The notes beneath the pieces are model-generated. The model was not told the origin of the DNA. It was given only the letters and a program-made list of their open reading frames with translations, and did not search any database. DNA of 64,000 nt, from the NCBI RefSeq assembly GCF_964213995.1, contig NC_135804.1, forward strand, positions 42,656,001-42,720,000. Direction: 5' to 3'. This stretch comes from Mustelus asterias (Eukaryota). The translations under genes and the position numbers were made by a program. Shown here piece by piece: positions 1 to 11,390 of the stretch (positions within the stretch are counted from its first letter, which is position 1; each line of letters begins with the position of its first letter).

Positions 1-828
1 GTATGTAATTTCATTCAGCACACCCAATTCCCTATGATAAATTACCTTCCATCCTGAAATAGCTATGTTGAGGGTCAACTGCTGAGCTTTGCCATTAAAT
101 TAATCTTTAGAATAACATTTCTTGTGTCTATCATATACATTGAGGCTGTTGACTATTGAGCTGGTGTTCTATTTTCTTTCCCCTCATTGGTTAAGTGTTT
201 ATGCTTTCGTTATTTTTCTTGTCCTGTTTGTTATTTTCTACTTCAATTATTCCATAGTTATGTTCTACAAAATATGAAAGCTTCCAGACTGCTGAAAAAA
301 ACAACTGATTCACTGAATTCCTCAAGATAGGAAGTCTGCCTCCCCTTCTTGGCCTGACCTCAATATGATTCCAGTTCCATACCACGTGCTTGATCTTAAT
401 GCCCTTTGTGGAAGGCTAGCCAATACCAATGAAGTACAATAGCAAGAAAAAAAATTACACCGCCTGGCAGTAACAACCCAGCATTTCATTCTGAAAAGGC
501 TAAGGCAATCAACCCTACAAAATTCTTCTTGCTAACATATGGGCATTTACCCCCAATCTGGGAAACCTGTCCCAGACTCAAATAGTTATTTCACAGAATC
601 ACATCTATCAGTAAATTTCTCATACTCTTTCATCTGCACTGCTATGTATGGCCTGTTGCACTGGCAGGATAGACCCATCAAAGGTAGTAGCATGTTCTTG
701 ATAGTCCTCTGCATTGATTCTCTACTTCTCAAAATGCACTCAGATCAAATAAAGTCAAGAAAACCTTCTGCTGGTCAGCAACTACCTGCACCATCAACTG
801 ATGAATCAATACTTTTCCACATTGAATA

Positions 829-1178
829 GGGCGGCACGGTAGCACAGTGGTTAGCACTGCTGCTTCACAGCTCCAGGGACCTGGGTTCGATTCCCGGCTT
901 GGGTCACTGTCTGTGTGGAGTTTGCACATTCTCCTCGTGTCTGCGTGGGTTTCCTCCGGGTGCTCCGGTTTCCTCCCACAGTCCAAAGATGTGCGGGTTA
1001 GGTTGATTGGCCATGCTAAAAATTGCCCTTAGTGTCCTGAGATGCATAGGTTAGAGGGATTAATGGGTAAATCTGTCGGGATATGGGGGTAGGGCCTGGG
1101 TGGGATTGTGGTCGGTGCAGACTCGATGGGCCGAATGGCCTTTCTGTACTGTAGGGATTCTATGATGTATTCTATGAT
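829..1178 (+). mobile_element. HE1-type V-SINE, full length, CR1/HER1-type tail
   Basis: tRNA-like head (A box tagcacagtgg, B box ggttcgattcc), V-core gtgtggagtttgcac...ggtttcctcccacagtccaaagatgtgc, tail gggccgaatggcc...(ttctatga)n. Confidence 0.93.
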
Positions 1179-1447
1179 CATTTGGAGGAGGCTCTTGAGG
1201 GAAGCACAGGCATAGAATGCATTCTGGGTAGGGTATTTCAAAATGCTTGACCAAGCATCATTTGCCAAGACTACCACTGATGAAGTTGGCCAATAAGAAA
1301 GCTGATAGCAACTCACTATGTAGGTAGTGTCAAGTAACTTTTCAGAGTCTATTGGATCATTCATAGTTGACTTCTTGTTAAAAATTAAAACACCTCTGCA
1401 CAACACTGAACACAATAAACCAAAATCACAGTAGGACCATGTATATT

Positions 1448-2447
1448 GGGTCGAATTTTCCCAAAAGATTCGAGGCGAGATTTTCTGTCTTCCTGACAGC
1501 ACATTTCTCAGGGGCAGGAGTAGCGCGCCATTGGCTGGCAGCAGCATTTTCTGCTCCCACCGTTATCAACGGAATTTCCCATTGATTCCACCGTAGGCCG
1601 TTGGGAAACCTTGTAGCAGGGGTGCACCGTTGACGGGAGCAGACGATCCCGCCGGTGTGAAGAGTTGGAAGATTTCATCCTCAAAGTGTCATAAAAGTCT
1701 AAAATCAGAAGTGTTCCACACCGGTCTTTTGGGTGAGTTTGGTACTGCAACCTTCTGGCACTCTGACAGTTTTTCTGACAGCTGGGAGCTTTGCGCCAGT
1801 GGGGAGGGGCCTAGGTATGCCGGGGAAGCCGGCTGCAGGGTGCCCCGACCTATTAGAGAATTTAGTGACTTCCTCCCACTAACCCCTCCAATCATCAGCA
1901 GCATTGTCATCCCCACACCAACACGGGTCCCTGGTATCGGGGCATCAGGACCTGGTGGATCCCCTGACATACCCCCTACCCCTGTCATAATTCCCTCCAC
2001 AACTCACCACAGCACCCATTCTGCCCAAACCCCTCCTTGCATAGCCCCACAACATGATCGCCCCCTTGCATAGACCTCCCCCCCCCTGACAACCACCCCC
2101 CCCTTTGTAGAAATCACCCTTGCATAAGCCCCCGAATCATCGTGCAATGCCATGCTCCTGACCACCCGGAGACTTCAATGGTCTCCGATACCCCCTGGTG
2201 CCTGGTTCCTGCTACTACAGACCAGTAGTGATTCTCGCCAGCGTGACGTCTTGCCAATGAGAGGGGAAGCATCCGCGGGGGGATGCCAAAGGAGCTGTCC
2301 CGGTCTTATTAATAGTATTTAAATTTAGTCAATCCTATGCAAATAGGCGTGGCACCCTTTCTGGGTGAAAAGCCGTTCTCACCAGTAAAAAACGGCCAGG
2401 AAGATACAAAATCAATTAATGCCCGGCGCAAATCGGATTTGTCCCCC
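1448..2447. mobile_element. GC-rich non-autonomous TIR element with a nested ~210-bp MITE (1473-1681)
   Basis: Starts gggtcgaattttccc, like the other TIR elements here. The nested piece is bounded by aggcgagattttc / gaagatttcatcct inverted ends. Right boundary approximate. Confidence 0.55.
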
Positions 2448-2454
2448 CATATGC

Positions 2455-3292
2455 TGGATGGAGTTTTCTCAAAAAAAGAGTGTAGAACGGGCGAGAAAAT
2501 GGTAGGTTTTCTTGCCAGTTTTTTCAGCAGTTAAGTAATGGGAATTTATGGCACTCTGTGCAATACAGAAGCCGTAATGTGATTCTCACCTGGGGGGGGG
2601 GGGAAGGGAAGAATCTCAGACCTGAGAAGCTGGCTGCTGAGCTCTGGGGGTGCCATTGCGCAGGTGCCCCCATCTCCCAGTATATAGTGTACGCTGTTCA
2701 CTAATGATCTTCAGGGAAGGAAACCTGCCGTCCTTACCTGGTCTGGCCTACATGAGATTCCAGAGCCACAGTAATATGGTTGACTCTCAACTGCCCTCTG
2801 AACAAGGGCAGCTAGGGATCGGCAATAAATGCTGGCCAGCAGCGATGCCCATGTCCCATGAATGAATTAAAAAAACAGTGTAGACAGTATACTGAGAGAT
2901 CTGTGGTTCTCCCCAATCACCACCCCCACGGTCAGCACCCCCCCCCCCCCTACGGACTTACCACCCTGCCTTGCCGTCAAGCCCTGCCCATCAGACCCCA
3001 CCCCCTTTGCACTGCCAGGGTGCCAGGCTGGCAATGCCAGGGTGCCAAGATGGAACTGCCCCAAGGGTACTGCCCAGCCCTGGCCCCAGGCAGGGCTTTA
3101 ATAGCCTCTGGTCGCACCATCTGGGGATCATCTGTAATCCTCGCTGGTGAGGACCTTGACCGGCGTGAGGACTAAGGTAAATGAGCCAGGACATTTGCGT
3201 CCAGGACTCATTATCATTAATATCTAAATCAGCCTTGTGCCCTCCATGGGCAAAAGGGGCCGGATTGAGAGTCGAGAAGTTGGGCGCAAACC
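2455..3292 (+). mobile_element. GC-rich non-autonomous element, same family as 25036-26115
   Basis: Collinear blocks shared with the 25036 copy: aatttatggcactctgtg, G-run, cactgccagggtgccaggctggc, gtgaggaccttgac, ctaaggtaa, attaatat.taa.tcagc. Confidence 0.7.
2694..2875 (+). mobile_element. 5'-truncated SINE, family 2, nested in the previous element
   Basis: gttcactaatg...agggaaggaaa...ggcaataaatgctggcc...cccatgaatgaat is the 3' half of the 62110-62468 copy; flanked by agtgta on both sides. Confidence 0.85.
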
Positions 3293-3294
3293 CA

Positions 3295-3930
3295 GGGGGC
3301 GATTCTCCCAAAAAATTCTGTGCCGAATTCACGTGAAAACTGGAGTAACCCCCGCCGATTTTTCTGGGGTGATTTTCAGAATGAATTTCCCACACTCTAA
3401 GCATTGCAGAGTGCCCTAGCGAGATTCACACTGAAAATCAGTGGGTGGAGCCTATCCCCACCCAAGAGAGCAGTAGCATAGTGCTGAGCAGGCTACAGTG
3501 CAAGCGCCGATTGTCAGAGCGGAGATCGGTGTATGTCAGCCCCATGACCCCGCATCACTGTCCCTCCAACCCCCCCATCCTCCGATCACTGGCCTCCTGG
3601 ATCTCTCCAGGCAAGCCCCAATGACCTCCACTTCTCTCCCTCTGCCTGCAATCCTTATGCAGAGTGGCAGCAGGAGCCACCCCCACCGATTGCTCCCTCG
3701 ATAGGCCCCGCCCCACAATTGGCCTCTCTAATTCCGCACAGAGCTGATTACATGGAAAATCTTCATCTGGAAGACGCATAGAGGCCATGGCGCCCAGCGG
3801 GGAGCCTCCTAAGCAGCCTCCGCTGAAAAGCACCTCTACACCCCCGACCCCCTGCTTTTTTGCCTCTTGCCCTATCTTCCTGGCTTGCCACGCCAGTCAT
3901 TCGGCATGGCGAGCCAGTAGATCACACCCA
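3295..3930 (+). mobile_element. GC-rich non-autonomous TIR element, same family as 9945-11812
   Basis: Starts gggggcgattctccc and ends gatcacaccc; shares aaactggagtaa, aatgaat.tcccacactct and gcagagtggcagcagga with the 9945 copy. Confidence 0.68.
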
Positions 3931-4319
3931 TCATGTATATAATATACTTAAAGGAATAACATATGTATTGATTGGACAAGCAAACTAAACAGTAAAACTA
4001 CAACATGAAGCACAATGGTAGATCAGTACTTGTCTGCTGACCTAAATCTGATTTACCCACCAATTATCATAAAGACTAACCCCATCTCTGTGTAACCTGG
4101 AGAACAACTTAATAGCACATGGAAGAAACAAGAGTGGGGTTGTGTGGACAGAGTAGTTAGGTACTCGGCCAGGTTAAGACACATGGGTATGGCATTTCAA
4201 TTGCAGCATAAACTAGAAACCTTCTAGAAAAACGTCCCGATATTCATCAAACTGTTTACTTAAAATAAATCACTATAATAGTTTTTTAAATTCAATTTGA
4301 TTATTGGTCCCATGTGAAA

Positions 4320-4500
4320 GAGAACATAAGAATATGTATATAATATATAAGGAATAGGAACAAATTTAGACTTTACGACCCCTTGAGCCTGCTCCACCTT
4401 TCAATAAGATAGTGACTGATCTTCTACCTCAACTATAGTTTCCTGCCCCATCCCTCGGTGTTCTTAGTGTCCTAAAATCAACTAATTTTGAACATATAAG
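4320..4500 (-). mobile_element. CR1-type LINE 3' tail fragment
   Basis: aagaacataagaa...ccttgagcctgctccacc.ttcaataagat...ctgatct is the reverse complement of the tail type seen at 19860-19945. Confidence 0.7.
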
Positions 4501-6118
4501 AAGCAGCAATTTTACTCTATCAGACCTGTGTGCATTCAGATGGTTTATTTATTTTAAAAATCATTTCATTTCAATGATCCTCAGAAATCCCAATACTCCC
4601 TTCCATGCCTCCTCTTTTTACCTGCTGAAAAAGTTCCCCACTAAAGTAGATTTCTTTTCGCACATAGGTGTCATTTTAAATTGCTGGGAATAATTGAAAC
4701 ATTTTCTGATTTTAGTTACCCTCCTTTTTCTTTGGTATCTTGAGGGCCTCCCTAGATTCCTCATTTTCACTCTTGGCATAATGCCCTGGCTCCAGCTGTC
4801 ATTTTTATGGGGTGATATTTTTTGCCTATTGGTATCCCATGTTCTCAAAACTTGGGAGGCAGGGCTTTTATTAGTTTGATGCCTGACACTTGAAAGACCG
4901 AAGGGAGCTGACTATCATATATAATACAGAACAAAGCTGTCATTATGCCGGAAGAACCAGCCAGTTTTCCCTTGAATGCAAGCACGAAACGGCATCCATA
5001 AATAGCAGTGCAAATCTCTACACTTTTGAGTGCAAACTGTGTCTGTAAGGTGCCGACAATAACACAACATCAAAGAGACAAGTTTGATTTGGAGCTCAAC
5101 TAATATGCTTATTTTGACTTTCCTTCAGGGAATGTTGCTGGACTCAGCTAAGTTGCTCAGAGATAAAGAATACTAGATGAAGAAAAAGAAGCTGGAATAC
5201 TTCCCTTCCAGTAGCATAGAAGCTCAGTTCATAAGGAATCAAAGTTGGATTCTATTAAGAGTTTTGTAAGCCTCACTGCCCATTGCCCCAGAAAAATCAA
5301 GGAAAATAAATGATTGTTACTTGGTTAAAAAATGCTTTTGACACCAGTTAGCAAAAATGTGCGAAATTGTACTCAAAATATATTTTTCAAAACAGTTCCA
5401 GAAGTTTAGGTTTGGCACAAATACCTTGGGTTCAGCATCATCAATCACTTCCTTAAGGAGTTTGGGCATTTTACTTTTGTGGGAGTTGACTCACATTGCC
5501 CTTTAAAGTAAAATAGAATCCTCTTACAATCTGGGCCAGATATTTGTGTCTTTCACAATTGTATCCTTTCAATTTTTATGCTGAGCTAACAAATGAGTAA
5601 AAGTTTGTTTTGAATTTTCAGGCTGTTTTGTTCTGCAACATAGTGAGACAGTGAACTATATTGCAGTGAATCTTAACACATCTGTTGTTTCAGCACAACG
5701 TTTATTCACATATTGGTTCAAAATAAAAAGAACTGATCCCATTTTGATGGACTGTTTTCATAACTTAAACAGAACCGTGGCTCTGTATCCTGGACAGAAC
5801 AACGACTGCTGCAGTCTCTTTCTTTCTTTCACATGGCCTGTGCAACATTTAATTTACAAAAGTTCAACAATTGACTTTCTGGTGTCTGTATTCCAATTTG
5901 CATCAATTTATGATGCAGCTCCCTGATTTAGAAATGATTGGGATCTAAATGAGTAATTACGTTCAGGTGGGAATTTAAAGTCAGTTAAGATTGTTTGGGA
6001 GGTTACAGAGTGAGTCCAGCCTGGGTGATATACTTCCATTTCTTGTAAGAAGCTGCAGGTTGGATTAAGAAATGACAAGTTTTTTTTGGTACCTTTCGGT
6101 ATTTTATTCCTAATCAAA

Positions 6119-6310
6119 AAAGCCAATTCAAATCAAGTTCAATCATAGTCCCCACATGAGGGACAAACAAAATCCAAACTGACAAAACAAGACCTTGCAT
6201 CCCACCTTGGGCTCAGTGAAAACAAGGTTCAAGCTGACAGGATGAGGCAATGCACCTCCTCCCGGGCTTGATCTAACACTTCATCTTAGTCAAAAGGCTG
6301 AGATGGCTTT
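6119..6310 (-). other. ~190-nt element with a U2 snRNA-derived 5' head
   Basis: Minus strand 6303-6276 reads tctcagccttttgactaagatgaagtgt versus U2 nt ~7-34 tctcggccttttggctaagatcaagtgt (25/28). It is followed by non-U2 sequence and a gattgaacttgatttgaatt end. Confidence 0.7.
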
Positions 6311-8827
6311 CTGTGCTTCAAAAGTCCTTCATGAGTACCAAGATTTCAAAGCAGAACTTCTGATAGCCCATTCAGAGTCTCTGTACCAAATACAGCAAAT
6401 TTCTATCTTTGGTAAGGATATCAAGAGACAAACAGTAAATAAAAACACCCATCAGTCTGTAAATCTTGTTAAGATTTACACCTTTGAAAACAACAGCTCT
6501 GTCATAATCCAGAGTTAATATTCAAGTTTATTCTTAGAGTACACAACAAAAGTAAATTTACAGGTTACAGGAGTTTTTTTAACCAGCTTTAAAATTGGCA
6601 AAAGCTTCACAATGGAAAGATGTGTTGGATTATCGTTTTAATTATTATGATTCGATAAAAGCAAAAATGTTCAACACAATGTTGAATTAGGAACAAAATT
6701 TGTTAGCTTCCTCAAAGAAATGCATATTTTATGATTTTTGGAATCCGATGATGTTTCCAATAAATGTCTTTTTTCACCAAATGATTACAAAATCATTAAT
6801 ACATTGTTCGTTACTTCAATTTGAGAATATGGTGATCAGGCATAAGTGTAGACTGCTTTTAAGTACTGCCAACAGAATTCAAATGTCTGTTTTTATATCT
6901 ATTTCTGGGCCCTGCACACAGCTTTTAATCAATGTATTATACATCAAATTGATAATCTTAACTTCTAATTATTCAAATACATTAAATATTCATAGATAAC
7001 AGTCCAAATTTTTACATTTTCTTGACTTTCTTCTCCATTAATTATTATGCCTGGAAGCTTTTCAGAGGAGAAGCAGCCATCAGCTTGACTGAACTTGACA
7101 AGCTGGCACGGCCCAATTACACTGCTGCTCCAAAGAGCTTTGATGTAGTGGAAACGAAAAGAGATAGGGGCAAATTGTACAGCACATTATGTTAATGACT
7201 TGATTTAATACAAGCACTAAACTTTATGTAGACTGTTAAGGAAGATGCTAACACTAATTACGCCACTTTGGTGAGGAAAGGAGGGGACAAGCATTTCATT
7301 CTGACAAAGTGCAGCTCATAAATGTTGTAAATGAAATGAAGTAATCTGTGTTTAATTATACATCACAGGCAGCAAAAAAAGACAGGATCTATAGTGAAGT
7401 ATGGTCTAGAAAACCTGTTGGATTTATTTTTTGATCAAAACATCTAAGAAATAGCTCTGAAGTGTGTGTGATATGCTGGTGGTATAATACTATAATTGGC
7501 AAGCTGCTTTAATTACAACACTTAACATGAAAACATACTTGCATTTAAAATACAATTCAGTATGCATTGCAAATTGCCATGTAATTGCAGATCTGCTGAG
7601 TTACTGTGTAATTAGAAGATCTGCTGGGTTCTACACCTTAAGCATTCCTGAAAATTTATATTTTTCATTATCTTGCAGTCAACAGGAGAACATGGTTTTT
7701 AATCCTATAATTACACTTACTATCTGACAGAATTTCACCTTTCAGTCTCCCACCCTCTTCACTCGACTAAAAGTAGTTTGTTTTTATTATAAAAATACAT
7801 TTTTAGTATCCATTTCAGCTCTATATAAATTACATTTGCGGAGTAAATTTAAAATTCAAAACAAATAAGGGTTACTATTCTTATTTAATTTTCTATTTTC
7901 TTATGGATAGATTAAGACGTTACAATTGTAAGCACATGTCCAATTCCTATTCGAAACAATACAGGTATAGTAACATATCATAGGCTTTTACTTTGCTATG
8001 AAGTCAGTAATTCCTCACTTTAAAATGTCATAAATTTAGATATTTTAGTGCACTGAACATGTAATTAAATATCCTATGGATTCTTCTAGTTAAAAAGGCA
8101 TCTGTGCCACTATTTGAAATTGGTGGTGACATTTTTATACCCCTCTGGAGACAGAGAAGTCGAGTGACAGCCAATCACCCATGGGCAATTGCTTAATGTA
8201 GCTGGTCACATAATGAGATGTTAGACGTACTTTACTTAAGGACTGGATGGGGATTGAAAGCCAATCAGGAATGGTTATTGACTAAAGTGGCTCGTTATAT
8301 TACCTAATGCTAAAAATGCAGGACATGCAAGCGGCTAGAACATCATTGAAAAGGAATGGTTCAAATGACCTTCTGCACTTAGCCTTGATAAATGAATCAA
8401 TCAGCTGTTTTCAATAAAGACAACAAGCTTAGGTAGAGATACATTCTGTAACTGATAGCTCAATAAGCCATTAATGTATACAGAGAGCATCAGAGGTCAT
8501 TTTTTGCAAGACCTTTTCAATGATACTTTTCCAATTCAGCTATGAAATGCAGCACTTCCCGCGGTAAAAATTTCCTTTTAGCTAGTACAGACCATTATTA
8601 ACTGTCAAATGCAGGAACGTTGAGAGAACCATACCCATAATCAGCTCAACTTTTGATCGAAGAAAATTTAGTAGGAAGTGCTCACTTGTCAAAATAAAAA
8701 AAAGTTTCTAATTTATTTTTAAAATATAACCACGAACATTGTTACTTTTCAAAAATAAGTCTGCACATATTTATAGCAGCAAACCCATTTCACAAGCAAC
8801 AATGGAATTTGAACTAAAGAAAAATCA

Positions 8828-9931
8828 GGGGGGTGTTTCTCCCAAAACAAATTCTAAGGGCCCGATTTCACCATTGCGTTGTGCCCATTTTCGGGTGCGA
8901 AAACTTGGTAAAGTCAGGCATGGGGTGATTAGCATGATAAACGCCCGCGTCTGCACAGATGCCCATTTTACCGAGGCCCGAAAATGGCTGCGATCTGAAC
9001 CGTGCCTGAAACAGGCGCGACGTCAATTTAAGTGCATTTGCATGCATTTAAATTGACTTAATGAGCTGGACGCCCAAACTTACTGGCATTTCTCCCTTTA
9101 CCATTGTGTTCACCCGTCCAGATTTGGCACGAAACAGATGTGCTCAGCAAAGGTCTGTTTCAGGTGCTGCAGCATCTGAAGAGATAAGTTCAGAGATTCC
9201 AACGGCTCTCTAACTCAGAGTGGTGGTGGGGGGAGAGGGACGGGTGGATCAGGTCATTCTCTGGTGGGAGGGGAGGGAGGAGGAGGCAGGTCAGATGTAT
9301 CTCTGGTTTGGGGGTGGGGGAACGGAGGGGGAGAGAGGAGGAGGAGCCAGATCGCTCTCTGGTGGGGGAAGTGGGGGGAGGGGAGATGGGGGGGGGAGGG
9401 GAGGAGGGGGGGGAGGGGAGGAGGGGGGGAGGGGAGGAGGGGAAGCCAGATCGCTCTCTGGTGGGGAGGGAGAAGGAGGGTCAGATCGTTCTCTGGTGGA
9501 GGGGGGGGGGGGGGAAGAGGAGGGAGGCTAGATGGTTCTCTGGTTGGGGGGTGGCAGGGGGGTCCGCTGCCACTCTGCAGGTGATCAGTGGGGGGAATGG
9601 GGGGCAGGGGGTCGCGATCGGTCTGGGTAGGTGGGGGGGTGGGTGGATAAGGGGGGCAGTTGTATTTTGGGGGTGGGGCGATATCTGTGGGGGCCATTGC
9701 TCCCGGGCTGCTTTATCAGCTTTTTGCGGCCGGGAGTGATGTGACAGGGGAACGTTTAAAAAATTTTTTTTTACTGCGCATGTGCAGTTGAAGGCTCCGA
9801 TTGGAGCAGCAGCGTTTCAGGTGCGATAAGCCCCACCCACAACGCAATTCAGACTCATGACTTTTTTTTCAGGCTAAGTGCGTACGGGGGTGCCTGAGAA
9901 CAGGTTTACAAGTTGGATCTGAATTGCACCC
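8828..9931. mobile_element. GC-rich non-autonomous TIR element containing a G-rich minisatellite
   Basis: Begins with a ~30-bp end of the 3295-type family, then gggcccgatttcacc...gaattgcaccc. Abrupt GC shift relative to the AT-rich flank. Confidence 0.55.
9245..9555 (+). repeat. G-rich minisatellite, 6 units of cagatcg(c/t)tctctggt separated by G/A runs
   Basis: Units near 9247, 9290, 9346, 9446, 9480 and 9527. Confidence 0.8.
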
Positions 9932-10260
9932 AGATTCAGCACTCAGGGGGCGATTTTACCATTTTGAGTCTAAGTGTCAAATATGCGTAAAACCTGGAGT
10001 AAATCCCGCTGTTTTTTTCAGTGGGAGTTTCAAAATGAATCTCCCACACTCTGAAATTCAGTGGGCAGGGCCTATTCCTGCTGGAGGGGCTGGCAACATA
10101 GCGCTGAGCGGGCCACTGCGCATGCGTCAATTCGTCAGCGCCGAGGTCAGGCATGCACAGTGGCCCCACACTGCCAGCCTCCTGATCGCTGGCCAGCTTG
10201 ATTGCTGGCCAGCCTCGCAACCCCGCATTGCTGCCCCTCCAATCCTGCCACGGCCCAATT

Positions 10261-10370
10261 AACATAAGAACATAAGAAATAGGAGCAGGAGTAGGCCATC
10301 TGGCCCTTCGAGCCTGCCCCGCCATTCAACAAGATCATGGTTGATCTGAAGCGAATCAGTTCCACTTACC
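10261..10370 (-). mobile_element. CR1-type LINE 3' tail, nested
   Basis: aacataagaacataagaaataggagcaggagtaggccat...cgagcctgccccgccattcaacaagatcatgg. Confidence 0.82.
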
Positions 10371-10608
10371 TGTGAACCCTGAACATGTCCGGGCCAGTCT
10401 CTATCTTCGCACCACCCCCCCCACCACCCCCCCCTACTCCCCACAGCCCCAATCTCCTGGTCTTCCCCCCCCCCCCCCGTAGTGCGGAACCCCCTCCCCA
10501 CAGTCCTGACCCCTCCCCTAGAGCCCCGAACCCCCAGCAGGCTGACCCCCCCCACCCCCATGGCCAGCCTTGATAGTTGGCCTCCCTCTCTCTGTCACTC
10601 AGCCCAAA

Positions 10609-11390
10609 CACAGTAAGAAGTTTAACAACACCAGGTTAAAGTCCAACAGGTTTATTTGGTAGCAAAAGCCACACAAGCTTTCGGAGCTCTTAGCCCCTTC
10701 TTCAGGTGAGTGGGAATTTTGTTCACAAACAGAGCTTATAAAGACACAGACTCAATTTACATGAATAATGGTTGGAATGCGAATACTTACAACTAATCAA
10801 GTCTTTAAGAAACAAAACAATGGGAGTGGAGAGAGCATCAAGACAGGCTAAAAAGATGTGTATTGTCTCCAGACAAGACAGCCAGTGAAACTCTGCAGGT
10901 CCACGCAACTGTGGGAGTTACAAATAGTGTGACATGAACCCAATATCCCGGTTGAGGCCGTCCTCGTGTGTGCGGAACTTGGCTATCAGTTTCTGCTCAG
11001 CGACTCTGCGCTGTCGTGTGTCGCGAAGGCCGCCTTGGAGAACGCTTACCCGAATATCAGAGGCCGAATGCCCGTGACCGCTGAAGTGCTCCCCAACAGG
11101 AAGAGAACAGTCTTGCCTGGTGATTGTCGAGCGGTGTTCATTCATCCGTTGTCGCAGCGTCTGCATAGTTTCCCCAATGTACCATGCCTCGGGACATCCT
11201 TTCTTGCAGCGTATCAAGTAGATAACGTTGGCCGAATTGCAAGAGTATGTACCGTGTACCTGGTGGATGGTGTTCTCACGTGAGATGATGGCATCTGTGT
11301 CGATGAACCGGCACGTCTTGCAGAGGTTGCTGTGGCAGGGTTGTGTGGTGTCATGGTCACTGTTCTCCTGAAGCCACTCCTGAAGTCCTG
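10609..11390 (-). mobile_element. 5'-truncated Penelope-like retroelement (Neptune-type linker) with GIY-YIG endonuclease and pLTR
   Basis: ORF 10918..11397 has the Cys linker CHSNLCKTC, then NVIYLIRC...WYIGET...RMNEH...HF..HGH...E..LI......GLN, open to its stop. Flanking direct repeat cactcagcccaaa at 10596-10608 and 11395-11407. Confidence 0.93.
10669..10713 (-). ncRNA. Minimal type I hammerhead ribozyme in the Penelope pLTR
   Basis: Minus strand: cUCAC-CUGAAGA-a-GGGGC-uaaga-GCUCC-GAAA-GCUU-GUGugg. Both catalytic boxes are present, with a 5-bp stem II, CAC/GUG stem I and palindromic AAGCUU stem III. Confidence 0.8.

Noticed and set aside
191-385. Minus-strand ORF as the next RPGRIP1L exon
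   Set aside because: It does not resemble the RPGR-interacting domain start and ends in a stop without a donor.
829-905. tRNA-like sequences with A and B boxes
   Set aside because: They are SINE heads continuous with core and tail; no complete cloverleaf, so not tRNA genes.
729-1032. Recurrent ORFs [14 protein letters not shown]... / [20 protein letters not shown]... (also at 16.3, 23.6, 45.5, 50.7 and 51.0 kb)
   Set aside because: Chance frames through the V-SINE consensus, not a gene family.
6276-6303. Functional U2 snRNA gene
   Set aside because: Only ~28 nt match; the rest of U2, including the Sm site and 3' stem-loops, is absent.
9220-9739. Gly-rich and Pro-rich ORFs, and a CRISPR-like repeat/spacer look
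   Set aside because: G-run minisatellite in a eukaryotic TE; spacers are low-complexity and of variable length, and there are no cas genes.
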